64,000 bases of DNA from NCBI GenBank assembly GCA_963666275.2, contig CAXXOA010000001.1:288001-352000 (forward strand), written 5' to 3'. Positions within the stretch are counted from its first letter, which is position 1. Every line of letters begins with the position of its first letter. The DNA comes from Oceanispirochaeta sp. GTDB lineage: Bacteria > Spirochaetota > Spirochaetia > DSM-2461. Under the pieces are notes generated by a model. The model was not told the origin of the DNA. It ran no database searches and saw only the letters and a program-made list of their open reading frames with translations. Of the stretch, positions 35,523 to 44,732 are shown piece after piece. Both the position numbers and the translations under genes were made by a program.

Positions 35523-37997
35523 TCAGATAAACAGAGTCGACTGGGCTTCGTCGGCGGCGCTGAGCATAGAGGCGACTCCTCCGATTTCCACTCCGTCAAG
35601 CAGTTCTTCTTTTTTGACGCCCATCACATCCATGGACATCTGACAGGCTACCATTTTCACGCCGCTTTTCACGGCCTGCTGGATCATCTCTTCCAGACTG
35701 TCCACACCCAGAGCCTTCATACGGCTCCGCATCATGGAAGCGCCCATGCCGCCCATATTGATTTTGGAAAGGCCCAGTTTCCGGGAGCGGGAGGGGAGCA
35801 TCATGCCGAACATTTTGCCCATAAAGTCTTTTTTAACCCTTCCCGGATTCTCTTTTTTGATCACTGAGAGCCCCCAGAAGGTAAAGAACAGAGTGACATC
35901 CTTACCGGCCGAAGCCGCACCGTTGGCAATGACGAAGGTGGCAAGAGCTTTATCCAGATCATCGGAAAAGACAATCATGGTCTGTCCGTTCTGACTGCCC
36001 CCTCCTGCTCTGGATGTGACAGGCTGACCGCCTTTTTTGATCAGAGCTGTGACTTTGGGGCCATTCTGTTCGACTGAAACAACAGAATTTCCTGTCATTT
36101 TTGCCCAGGCATAGACATCTTTGGCAAAACCGGGGTCTGTGGCCGTTTCCTGGATCAGTTCTCCCGGCTTGATTTTGCCCATTTCCTCTTTCAGTTTCAT
36201 CACAGGACCGGGACACTGGAGTCCGCAGGCATCCACTTCCAGGGTTTTGATCTCTCCCGGGGCAATCATAGTGTTATGCTCCACATCGGTCTGATAGATC
36301 ATGTCGTTTTTACCGATGTAGTCTTTTTCAAAAATATCTTCGTTGCTCTGTTTCTGGGTGGAGAGGCTGTAGGTTTTCATACCACCTGAAAGGTTGTAGA
36401 CCTCATCGTAGCCGTTCTGACGGAGGATCCTCTCTCCCATATAGGCCCTTTTTCCTACACCGCAGAAGATAATGACTTTTTTGTCTTTCGGAACTTCTCC
36501 GATGCGGCTTCTCAGTTCATTGAGGGGAATATTGACCGAACCGTCGATTGTGTCGATGCCGAACTCTTCGGGTGTCCGGATATCCAGCAGGAAGCGGTCG
36601 TTTTCAGGAATATCAGCCAGCTGGTTCCAGCGGATATGCTTTGAACTGCCGTTGAGGATATTCTCTGCAATAAAACCGGCAATATTGACGGGATCTTTGG
36701 CAGAAGAGAAGGGAGGGGCGTAGGCGTGCTCAATTTCCTGCAGATCATCGATGGTTCCGGCATTTCCCAGGATAACGGCAAAAAGGTCTATCCGTTTATC
36801 CACTCCGTCGTAACCTACAATCTGGGCTCCCAGGAGCTTCCTCTCTTTATTGAATATCGTCTTGATTGTCATGGGAAGGGCATCCGGATAGTAGCCGGCA
36901 TGGCTGGTTCCGTGCATAACCAGGGTTTCAAACTCTTTTCCCGCCCGGACAAGCTGTTTTTCCGACAGACCGGTAGAGGCCACTGTCAGGTCGAAGACCT
37001 TGGCAATTCCTGTGGCGATGGTACCGCGGTAGGTTCTTCTGTCTCCCTGAATGATATTGTCCGCTGCGATCCTGGCCTGCTTATTGGCCGGCCCCGCCAG
37101 GGGAACCCTCAGAGAATCTCCTGTGATGGGATTGGGGAACTCGGTGGCATCTCCCAGAGAGTAGATATCCCTGTCGCTGGTTCTCAGGTATTTGTCTATG
37201 ACGATCCCGCCGGTCTGACCGATCTCCAGATCCGCCTCTTTAGCCAGTTTTATATCCGGTTTGACCCCGATGGAAAGGATGATCAGATCCGTTTCGATTT
37301 CTCTTCCGCTCTGGAGAGATATACTGACGGTTTCTCCCTTGTCATGGAAGGAGGATACGCCGTCTTTCAGGTAGAACTCCACCCCTTTGACTTTGAGATG
37401 CTGATGCACTTCTGCGGCCATTTCATAGTCAAGGATATTCATTACCTGATCAGCCGCCTCTACTATGGTCACAAAGATTCCCTTGTGATGGAGGTTCTCC
37501 GCCATTTCAAGACCGATGAATCCCGCACCGATGATAACAGCCCGTTTGGGCTTTTTCTCTTCCACAAAGGATTTGATCGTATCTGTATCAGGAACATTTC
37601 TGAGAGTGAAAATCTTATCGTTACTGATGCCTGGAATTCCCGGTCTCAGGGGTTCCGCACCGGGAGACAGAACCAGTTTATCATAGCTGTCCTGAAACTC
37701 CTCGCCTGTTTCGAGGTTCTTCACAGTCAGAGTTTTACTATCCCTGTTGATGGCAGTGACTTCATGATTTACCTTGACATCCACATTCAGAAGCTGGGAA
37801 AAACTTTCGGGTGTCTGGACAAAAAGTCTCTCTCTTTCGGGGATGGTATCTCCGATGTAGTAGGGCAGACCGCAGTTGGCATAGCTTATATAGGCCCCTT
37901 TTTCGTAGATCCGTATCTCCGCATTTTCATCCAGCCGTCTGAGACGGGCTGCTGTGGTGGCTCCGCCGGCAACCCCTCCGATGATAAGAACTTTCAT
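35523..37997 (-). CDS. CoA-disulfide/persulfide reductase fused to rhodanese, TusA and DsrE-like domains
   Basis: GGVAGG, SYANCGLP, GAGFIG.E, YAPPFS; rhodanese FCGVGKR; TusA CGLQCPGP; DsrE FFTFWG and ACQMSM. Confidence 0.9.
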   Translation of the reverse strand: MKVLIIGGVAGGATTAARLRRLDENAEIRIYEKGAYISYANCGLPYYIGDTIPERERLFVQTPESFSQLLNVDVKVNHEVTAINRDSKTLTVKNLETGEEFQDSYDKLVLSPGAEPLRPGIPGISNDKIFTLRNVPDTDTIKSFVEEKKPKRAVIIGAGFIGLEMAENLHHKGIFVTIVEAADQVMNILDYEMAAEVHQHLKVKGVEFYLKDGVSSFHDKGETVSISLQSGREIETDLIILSIGVKPDIKLAKEADLEIGQTGGIVIDKYLRTSDRDIYSLGDATEFPNPITGDSLRVPLAGPANKQARIAADNIIQGDRRTYRGTIATGIAKVFDLTVASTGLSEKQLVRAGKEFETLVMHGTSHAGYYPDALPMTIKTIFNKERKLLGAQIVGYDGVDKRIDLFAVILGNAGTIDDLQEIEHAYAPPFSSAKDPVNIAGFIAENILNGSSKHIRWNQLADIPENDRFLLDIRTPEEFGIDTIDGSVNIPLNELRSRIGEVPKDKKVIIFCGVGKRAYMGERILRQNGYDEVYNLSGGMKTYSLSTQKQSNEDIFEKDYIGKNDMIYQTDVEHNTMIAPGEIKTLEVDACGLQCPGPVMKLKEEMGKIKPGELIQETATDPGFAKDVYAWAKMTGNSVVSVEQNGPKVTALIKKGGQPVTSRAGGGSQNGQTMIVFSDDLDKALATFVIANGAASAGKDVTLFFTFWGLSVIKKENPGRVKKDFMGKMFGMMLPSRSRKLGLSKINMGGMGASMMRSRMKALGVDSLEEMIQQAVKSGVKMVACQMSMDVMGVKKEELLDGVEIGGVASMLSAADEAQSTLFI

Positions 37998-38227
37998 TTT
38001 AGTCTCCTGTCTTTTATTTGAATAGAGAAATAAATATAGATATTAAAATAACAATATATAAAATATTGTATATGTGAGAAAATGACAACCCTTTCAGTAA
38101 AAAAATCTCTAAAAAAAGCATTTGTTCTGTTTTTCGGAATATATGTTTGATATTTACTCCTATAAATTCCGTCTATAATTGTAAGTGACAGTTACTGAAC
38201 TATCATGTGTTATAAGAATAGATATCA

Positions 38228-40753
38228 ATGACAAAGGGTTTAAATTTGAAAAAATACAAAGTCTTTCTGATAGGTCTTTTAGGACTCTCTCTGACGCTCA
38301 GCGCCAGAGACCTGAATCTTACCGTTATAGACAGGGATCTTGAAATTCCCCTGGAGGGAACCCTTATCACCGTAGTCGGGATAGAGGGGGAATTTTATAC
38401 CGGCGTGGACGGAGCCGTTTTACTGAATGTTCCCGATGCCATGGAACGGGTCGTGCTCTTGATTAGCTATCCCGGGTATGAGGGGGTGCGTCTTCCTGTC
38501 AGCTCCGATCAGAATGACCTCTCTGTCTCTCTTGTGATTGCCGGTTTTATCGAAGGGGAGGAACTTGTTGTAGAAAGGACGGCTCCCGGAGAGAGTGATG
38601 AAGAGGTAGGCGTCTCCATTGTCATGGACAGGGAGGAGATGAACACCACCGCCAATATAGGGATCATCGAGGATGTGATGTCCTCTATCAAAACCCTTCC
38701 GGGAGTGGGGTATACCTCCAGCTGGGATGCCCAGCCCTCCATCCGGGGAGGCTATCCCGAAGAGCTCTCTGCCTCGCTGGACGGCTTTTATGTGACCTAT
38801 CCTTTTCACTGGGGCGGCGGGTTCTCCATATTCAATCCCAATATGGTGGAGACGGCTAAACTCTCCCACGGGATCTACTCGGCCCGGTACGGCAGAGCTC
38901 TGTCAGGGCTCCTGGAGATTACAACCAAAACCCCGGATGAACCGGAGGTCCGGGTGGACGGCTCTTTTTCCACCTCTTCCACCGATCTTTTTATCCGTTC
39001 TCCCCTGGGGAAAAAGTCAGGTCTCTTTCTGGGGGGCAAAATCACCTATCTGGATACACTGAAACTGGTTCAGCCCGAAGAGCTGGAAGACATGACCACC
39101 ATGCCCTTTATCAGGGACCTCTACGGAAAATGGTACTACCGTCCTTCCAATGAACTGGAGATCTATCTCAACGGATTTCTCGGGACTGACGGCGTCGGCG
39201 TCGATACCACAGCAGAAGGAGATGACGGGGTTACCACTGATATCTACTTTGACTATGACTATATAAACAGTTTCCTGGCGGGAGGTGCGAAATGGGCTCC
39301 TTCCAATACATTCTTTGTGGATTTTCTGACTGGATACAACTGGAACATTATGACCATGGAGTTTGATGTTTCCAATTCGGGAACAAGAGAATACAGTCAG
39401 GAGTTTATCGACCGGTTCGGCACTCTGCTAGGCCTTTCAGCGGGAGATTCCTATACCATCGACGGTTTACGAAGCTACGGTACCGAAGATCTGGATATCC
39501 GGCAGTTTCAGATGAAGATCACAGGAGAAAAACTCCTGAATCCCACCAATATTGTGGCCGCAGGGGTGGAGGAGGTTTTCAAGCAGACCAATGAAGCCTC
39601 CGAGTTTACCGGTTGGATGAGCTTTTCTGACAACAGCGGCAGTTTCAACCTGGAGGAGAGGAGTTTTTCCACCGATGTGGAGGGGAACAACTCTCTGAAC
39701 AGTGCGGTGTTTCTCCTCTGGGAGAACGGCAGTGACCAGTCCCGTCTGAATACGGAGCTGGGCCTGCGGGGAGAGCTGTACCGGATCTGGCACGACGACT
39801 TTTCCATGAATGCCCTTCCTGTTGTGAATCCCCGGGCCAGTGTCACCTGGACAGCCCTGGAAGACCGCTACGGTCTGGATAAACTGAATCTCTCTCTGGG
39901 AAGCGGCATTTTTTCCTCCTTCCCCCTGACTGTGGAACTTTTTGAAGAGCAGTACGGTGTGGATGACTGGACTATCAATCCCGATCAGGCTCTGTTTAAT
40001 GTGGCCGGAGCGGAACTGCACTGGCATGACCAGTGGAAACTGTCGGCGGAAACCTATTACAAACACTATCTGAACCGTCTGGTTCTGACCACCGAACAGG
40101 ATGAAAACGGCGAGTCCCAGCTCTACTACAACACCGATGGCCGGGGCCGGGTAGCCGGGTTTGACCTGATGCTTCAGAAAAAGTCGGGAAGGAAGTGGGA
40201 CGGCTATCTGACCTACTCCTTCATTTACGCCCGGTTTTATAATCCCTCCAATACGGGCACGGCAGAAGAAGCGGAAGATTCCTATACCAACTCGGGAGAA
40301 CCCCTGGATGAGTGGTTCTTTCCCTACTATCACAGATTCCACAATCTGAATCTGGTATTGAACTGGCATTTTCATCCGGGCTGGACCTTTTCCGTTCTGG
40401 GTTCCCTGGCAAGCGGGGCCCCCCGGGAAAAGGTGGGAGATATTTCCATGTATCCTGCTGTCTATGAAGGGACCTATATTGAACAGTATGCCCGGTCCAG
40501 TTCCTATTCGGACAGCCTGAGAAACGGCATTTCCGCCCCCATTGATCTGCGGATAGCCTATGGTCATTACAGGGAAGGTTCCAAAGTGTACTGGGAGTGG
40601 TACGTGGCTGTGGAAGATATACTGGCCAATTTTTATGCCCCCTCGGCCAATTCCAGCTTCAATTCCTATACAGGAGAGGAGAATACGGATACATCCGCTG
40701 ACTTCAACCTGGGAATTCCCGTGCCATCATTCGGGATTAAAGTGAGTTATTAG
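38228..40753 (+). CDS. TonB-dependent receptor (N-terminal carboxypeptidase-regulatory-like domain, plug, barrel)
   Basis: Signal peptide; TLPGV, IRGG, H.GG.FS.FNP, A.YG.ALSG; aromatic C-terminus; upstream of exbBD-tonB. Confidence 0.85.
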   Translation: MTKGLNLKKYKVFLIGLLGLSLTLSARDLNLTVIDRDLEIPLEGTLITVVGIEGEFYTGVDGAVLLNVPDAMERVVLLISYPGYEGVRLPVSSDQNDLSVSLVIAGFIEGEELVVERTAPGESDEEVGVSIVMDREEMNTTANIGIIEDVMSSIKTLPGVGYTSSWDAQPSIRGGYPEELSASLDGFYVTYPFHWGGGFSIFNPNMVETAKLSHGIYSARYGRALSGLLEITTKTPDEPEVRVDGSFSTSSTDLFIRSPLGKKSGLFLGGKITYLDTLKLVQPEELEDMTTMPFIRDLYGKWYYRPSNELEIYLNGFLGTDGVGVDTTAEGDDGVTTDIYFDYDYINSFLAGGAKWAPSNTFFVDFLTGYNWNIMTMEFDVSNSGTREYSQEFIDRFGTLLGLSAGDSYTIDGLRSYGTEDLDIRQFQMKITGEKLLNPTNIVAAGVEEVFKQTNEASEFTGWMSFSDNSGSFNLEERSFSTDVEGNNSLNSAVFLLWENGSDQSRLNTELGLRGELYRIWHDDFSMNALPVVNPRASVTWTALEDRYGLDKLNLSLGSGIFSSFPLTVELFEEQYGVDDWTINPDQALFNVAGAELHWHDQWKLSAETYYKHYLNRLVLTTEQDENGESQLYYNTDGRGRVAGFDLMLQKKSGRKWDGYLTYSFIYARFYNPSNTGTAEEAEDSYTNSGEPLDEWFFPYYHRFHNLNLVLNWHFHPGWTFSVLGSLASGAPREKVGDISMYPAVYEGTYIEQYARSSSYSDSLRNGISAPIDLRIAYGHYREGSKVYWEWYVAVEDILANFYAPSANSSFNSYTGEENTDTSADFNLGIPVPSFGIKVSY

Positions 40754-40763
40754 GGGGCTCAAT

Positions 40764-41642
40764 ATGAAATCGAGGAAAAATACAATGCCAATTAATAGAA
40801 CTGTATTTCTATTCTGTCTGGGAGTCTCTCTCCTGTTCCTTGCCTCCTGTGCTACAGAAAAGGGCCTTTACTCCTGGGAAGGGGAGATCCCTTCGTCAGG
40901 ATGGACACTGCGGGTGAATGACAGGAATCAGGCGTCTCTTTCCCTCCCCTATGGCGAGGGGATCTCCATCAGCGGCGAAGCCTTTCAACAGGACAGCGGG
41001 AGCTGGATCTTTCACATGGATTATCTGGAATGGTTTTCCAACTGGAGCGACGGGTGGACCGATGCCCGGTTCAGTATGGTCGGCAGTCTGGAGCTGAACT
41101 CCCGGGGAGACCGCTGGACTATTACAGTCCGGGAGACTCCGGAGATCCAATCGGTTCTTGCCGCGGAAATCCGATATAAGGAAACCCGTTTTTACGGTGA
41201 CCGGTCCCGGGATATGATCAGCAGAAGATGGACCAGAGTGAAAGCCCTGGCTCCCTTTATCGAGGAGTCTCTGGAGCTGGAGGACTATGAATTCGCCCAT
41301 AAGCGGAAAGGCTTCTATTCCCGGGATTTTATGGATGATACCGCATCCCTCCTGTTTCCCGAGCAGTACGGATATCTGGAGGGATTCTCTGAACAGGCGT
41401 CGGGTGACGGGGAGAGGTATACCCGCGAGGAAGGGATCCTCTGGGACCGGTATTACAGCCAGGCCTATCTGCCGGAAGAGCTGATCCCTGTAAGGGATTC
41501 AGGAACCCTGTTCCGGGACTTCGAAGAAGGGGCGGATCTCATAACCCTTTCTGTCACCTGGAATACTCTCTGGGAGACTTTTATTCCCGGATCGGAAATA
41601 CACTTCACAGATAATACAAAAGAAGGAGCTCTCAATGACTGA
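40764..41642 (+). CDS. Lipoprotein of unknown function in the TonB operon
   Basis: LLFLAS-C lipobox; overlaps the exbB start. Confidence 0.7.
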   Translation: MKSRKNTMPINRTVFLFCLGVSLLFLASCATEKGLYSWEGEIPSSGWTLRVNDRNQASLSLPYGEGISISGEAFQQDSGSWIFHMDYLEWFSNWSDGWTDARFSMVGSLELNSRGDRWTITVRETPEIQSVLAAEIRYKETRFYGDRSRDMISRRWTRVKALAPFIEESLELEDYEFAHKRKGFYSRDFMDDTASLLFPEQYGYLEGFSEQASGDGERYTREEGILWDRYYSQAYLPEELIPVRDSGTLFRDFEEGADLITLSVTWNTLWETFIPGSEIHFTDNTKEGALND

Positions 41643-42297
41643 ACAGTGGAGCCTGATAAGATTTTTTGAAATGGGAGGGGTCTTTATGTGGCCTCTGCTC
41701 ATCTTTTCCGTTTTAACAGTCGGCCTGATACTGGAGCGGGTTATTTATATCCTGCTTCATGATCTGAGAACCGGCAGGGTCCGCAGGGAACTGATGCCTC
41801 TTATTGAAGAGGGAAAACTGAATCCCGCAGAGGAGTATCTGAAAAGCCTGAAATCCCGGAATGTTCCGGGCAGGATCCTCAGGGAGGTGATGAAAAATGC
41901 CCCCTATGGCGAGCATCGCATGGAAAAAGCGGTGGAAGCGGAAGGGCAGGAGCAGATAAGGCGTCTTGAAAACGGATTCAGTTTCCTCTCCGCTCTGGCA
42001 TCCATTGCCCCGCTCACAGGATTCCTGGGAACCGTATCAGGAATGATCGGCGCTTTCCGTTCCATTGCCGAAGCGGCGGATGTGAATGCCCAGCTTGTTG
42101 CCAACGGTATCTACGAAGCCCTGCTGACAACCGTTTTCGGATTGATCATCGCCATCATCGCCCTGGTGGGATATAACATACTGGCTCATAGGGTGGACAC
42201 CTTTGCAGCAGATATTACTAAAGCCGCCAGCGATCTTGTGTCAGCCCTCAGTATTCATTCAGAAAATGAAAGTCATGGAAGGGGTTCCTCCCTGTGA
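41635..42297 (+). CDS. exbB: ExbB/TolQ/MotA proton-channel protein
   Basis: GG.FMWPL, APL.GFLGTV.GMI.AF, GI.EAL.TT..GL. Confidence 0.92.
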   Translation: MTEQWSLIRFFEMGGVFMWPLLIFSVLTVGLILERVIYILLHDLRTGRVRRELMPLIEEGKLNPAEEYLKSLKSRNVPGRILREVMKNAPYGEHRMEKAVEAEGQEQIRRLENGFSFLSALASIAPLTGFLGTVSGMIGAFRSIAEAADVNAQLVANGIYEALLTTVFGLIIAIIALVGYNILAHRVDTFAADITKAASDLVSALSIHSENESHGRGSSL

Positions 42298-42707
42298 AAC
42301 TGAAAAAGTTTTTCACCCATAAAGCAGATGATCCCATGGGGGCGCTGAATGACCTCAGCTTCCTTCTGATTATCTATTTTCTCGTGATTGCCGGTTTCAA
42401 TACCAATCTGGGATTTCTTGTCAATCTGCCCTCCAGGGAGAAACCCCGGATTGTCCAGAAAGAGGATCTGCTCAAACTGTCTCTCTCCTCTTCGGGGGCA
42501 CTCTTTCTGGGGGATCTCATTCTGGATGAACAGGCCCTGGATGAGGCCATCCGGGAAAATCTGAAGGTGCATCCTAATCTTACGGTTGCCCTGATGATCG
42601 ATCCGGAGGTGCCCTATCAGAGATTTGTCGACACCCTGCATATCATCAGAATCAGAAAGGTGGAGAACTTCTCTTTTGTCATGGCAGATCAGGAAGGATC
42701 GGAATGA
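42294..42707 (+). CDS. exbD: ExbD/TolR
   Basis: L.D.SFLL.I.F TM motif with Asp; D.E.PY. Confidence 0.85.
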   Translation: MKLKKFFTHKADDPMGALNDLSFLLIIYFLVIAGFNTNLGFLVNLPSREKPRIVQKEDLLKLSLSSSGALFLGDLILDEQALDEAIRENLKVHPNLTVALMIDPEVPYQRFVDTLHIIRIRKVENFSFVMADQEGSE

Positions 42708-43108
42708 TTGAGCTTAAAAGCAGAAGAAAACCGCCTCAGGCCCCTCTCTCCGCCATGTCGGATATAGGATTCCTCCTGCTCATATTCATAATGCTCCTGT
42801 CCCTGATCAACTACCGGAAAGAGGAGAAAATAGAATATCCCGAAGCCCGGCAGGTGGAGAGAACAGAAGCGGAACATCAGCTTGAAATCTGGATTACCCG
42901 GGACGGGACGGTTTCTGTGGATGGACATCCCGTGGATGCGGAAGGACTGGAGTTTCTCATTGCAGAAGGAGTGCAGGAACATCCGGATCTGAGGGTCCAT
43001 ATCCTGGCCGATCAGGGAACCCCCTACAGGCATATCAACAGCGTGGTACAGATCCTTCAGCTCCTGCAGCACCGGGTTGTCAGCTTTGTGGTAAAGGAGG
43101 ATCTGTAA
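42704..43108 (+). CDS. exbD: ExbD/TolR (second copy)
   Basis: MSDIGFLLLIF; AD..TPY. Confidence 0.85.
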   Translation: MIELKSRRKPPQAPLSAMSDIGFLLLIFIMLLSLINYRKEEKIEYPEARQVERTEAEHQLEIWITRDGTVSVDGHPVDAEGLEFLIAEGVQEHPDLRVHILADQGTPYRHINSVVQILQLLQHRVVSFVVKEDL

Positions 43109-43725
43109 TGACTCTGCAAATGTCCGAAGCCTCATTCAACCGGATGCTCCGCTACGGAATTCTTACCGCCGCGGCCCTGGCCCATATTTTCCTTCTTCTC
43201 TATTTCAAGTTCAATCTGACTAGGGAATCCTCCGTCCCCGAACCGGAAGCGGAGGTAATCAAACTGGTGGATTTTCAGGAATATATTCCCCCGCCGCCTC
43301 CCAAACCCCAGCCGGAGCAGGAGGTTATTCAGGTCAGTGATCAGCCAGCCGTATCTGAAAGGATCATTGAAGTGGAAAAGGAGGTTGTAGAAGTGGAGGA
43401 GGCCCCGCCAGTCCCGGTAGAACCGGAGTATCTTCCACAGCATAAAATCTCCAAAACCCCTGAAATCCCTGTGGAGGAGATACTGGACAGGATCATCTAT
43501 CCTCCCATGGCACTCCGTCAGAACCTGGAGGCTGTTGTTTTTGTAGAACTCTATATCGATCAGACCGGTCTGGTCAGGCAGGTTGTTGTCCTCAAAGATC
43601 CGGGGAATGGATTTGCCGAAGCGGCAGTCCAGGCTCTGGAGGGACTGCAATGCGTACCCGCAGAAGCCAACGGAACTCCCGTGGCTGTCCGGTTCCGCTA
43701 TCCCATACGGTTTGTTCTGGAATGA
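43108..43725 (+). CDS. tonB: Energy transducer TonB
   Basis: TM with His, Pro/Glu-rich spacer, YP..A, PA..NG.PV, P.RF.L. Confidence 0.9.
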   Translation: MTLQMSEASFNRMLRYGILTAAALAHIFLLLYFKFNLTRESSVPEPEAEVIKLVDFQEYIPPPPPKPQPEQEVIQVSDQPAVSERIIEVEKEVVEVEEAPPVPVEPEYLPQHKISKTPEIPVEEILDRIIYPPMALRQNLEAVVFVELYIDQTGLVRQVVVLKDPGNGFAEAAVQALEGLQCVPAEANGTPVAVRFRYPIRFVLE

Positions 43726-43760
43726 TGGAGGGCGGGGAATCTTTTCTTCATCTTCTTGAT

Positions 43761-43774
43761 AGGGACGGAGGAAG
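43761..43774 (+). repeat. RAYT-flanking short repeat
   Basis: AGGGACGGAGGAAG, identical to 43834-43847. Confidence 0.65.
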
Positions 43775-43833
43775 AGTGGATGCTGGCGGAAGAAGTGAGT
43801 ATGCTGGTGACAGGGAATGAAAGCTTTTTATAG

Positions 43834-43847
43834 AGGGACGGAGGAAG
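43834..43847 (+). repeat. RAYT-flanking short repeat
   Basis: AGGGACGGAGGAAG, identical to 43761-43774. Confidence 0.65.
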
Positions 43848-43968
43848 GAAAAAAGGGAAATAAAGAGAAATAGGGGCGTGGAATTAGGGAAAATCCCCTT
43901 TTCATCTATAAAAAACCAGCATTTTCTATCATAGGTGCAAACTAAATAGGAGAGATGGGAACAAAAAA

Positions 43969-43992
43969 AGTCGCCGGATTAGTCGCCGGATT
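43969..43992. repeat. 12-bp tandem duplication
   Basis: AGTCGCCGGATT x2. Confidence 0.8.
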
Positions 43993-44139
43993 GGAATTAT
44001 TCATTCAAAAGAGGAAAATAGGCATTTTCAGAGGGAAAATCATAAGAAATGGCTGTTTTCTGAATAAACCTGTCTCCTGAGATCAGAAATATATGATCTT
44101 AAGGTGAGAATATGCGGTTTATTATGGAGAGAATCTGCC

Positions 44140-44631
44140 TTAAATAATCAGTTTTACCCATTCATCAGGCGGATCCAGAAGCCGAAACCGCCCTTTTTTC
44201 AGTTCATATAGCCCGCCCCAGATATAATCTGCCGCGTTCTTGCATATTCCGGCTTTAACAGGGTTCTCTGATATGTAATGGAATGTATTCACCAACTGCC
44301 GGAATGTACTGATAATTTTACTTTTAAACCGGTCATACCAGACATGACCGGTTAATCCGAAGAGCTTGTTGAACCTTATGGCAAACACGCTCAACATCCA
44401 CTGCATCATAATGGAAAGGCTTATGCCTTTCTTTGGTTTTATGATAATATGGATGTGATTACTCATTATAGTATATTGAATTACTTTCTGATCGAACTTC
44501 TTTTCCGCATCCTCCATAACGCAGATAAACAGTTCTTTCACTTCATCCGTATACAGAATGAATTCCCCTCTGTTGGTTTTGGCTGTCACGTGATAGGTGG
44601 CGCCTTCCTGGATTATTCTTCTTTTTCTCAT
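44140..44631 (-). mobile_element. REP-associated tyrosine transposase (RAYT, Y1_Tnp/IS200-like HUH enzyme)
   Basis: R..R....G..YHVT, HUH motif MSNHIH, W..RF.S, catalytic Y in YISENPVKAG. Confidence 0.88.
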
Positions 44632-44679
44632 ACCTGTCATACAGGAAAAATAGGGATGCTGCTTCAATTTTATTGGAAT

Positions 44680-44693
44680 AATCCTCCGTCCCC
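44680..44693 (-). repeat. RAYT-flanking short repeat, inverted copy upstream of the gene
   Basis: AATCCTCCGTCCCC is the reverse complement of GGGGACGGAGGATT. Confidence 0.6.
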
Positions 44694-44732
44694 CTTTTCG
44701 GGGAAAAATATTCCTGTGTGCCCATGCATCAA

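Noticed and set aside
43740..44000. Repeats as a CRISPR array
   Set aside because: Only two 14-bp copies, no regular repeat-spacer periodicity and no cas genes
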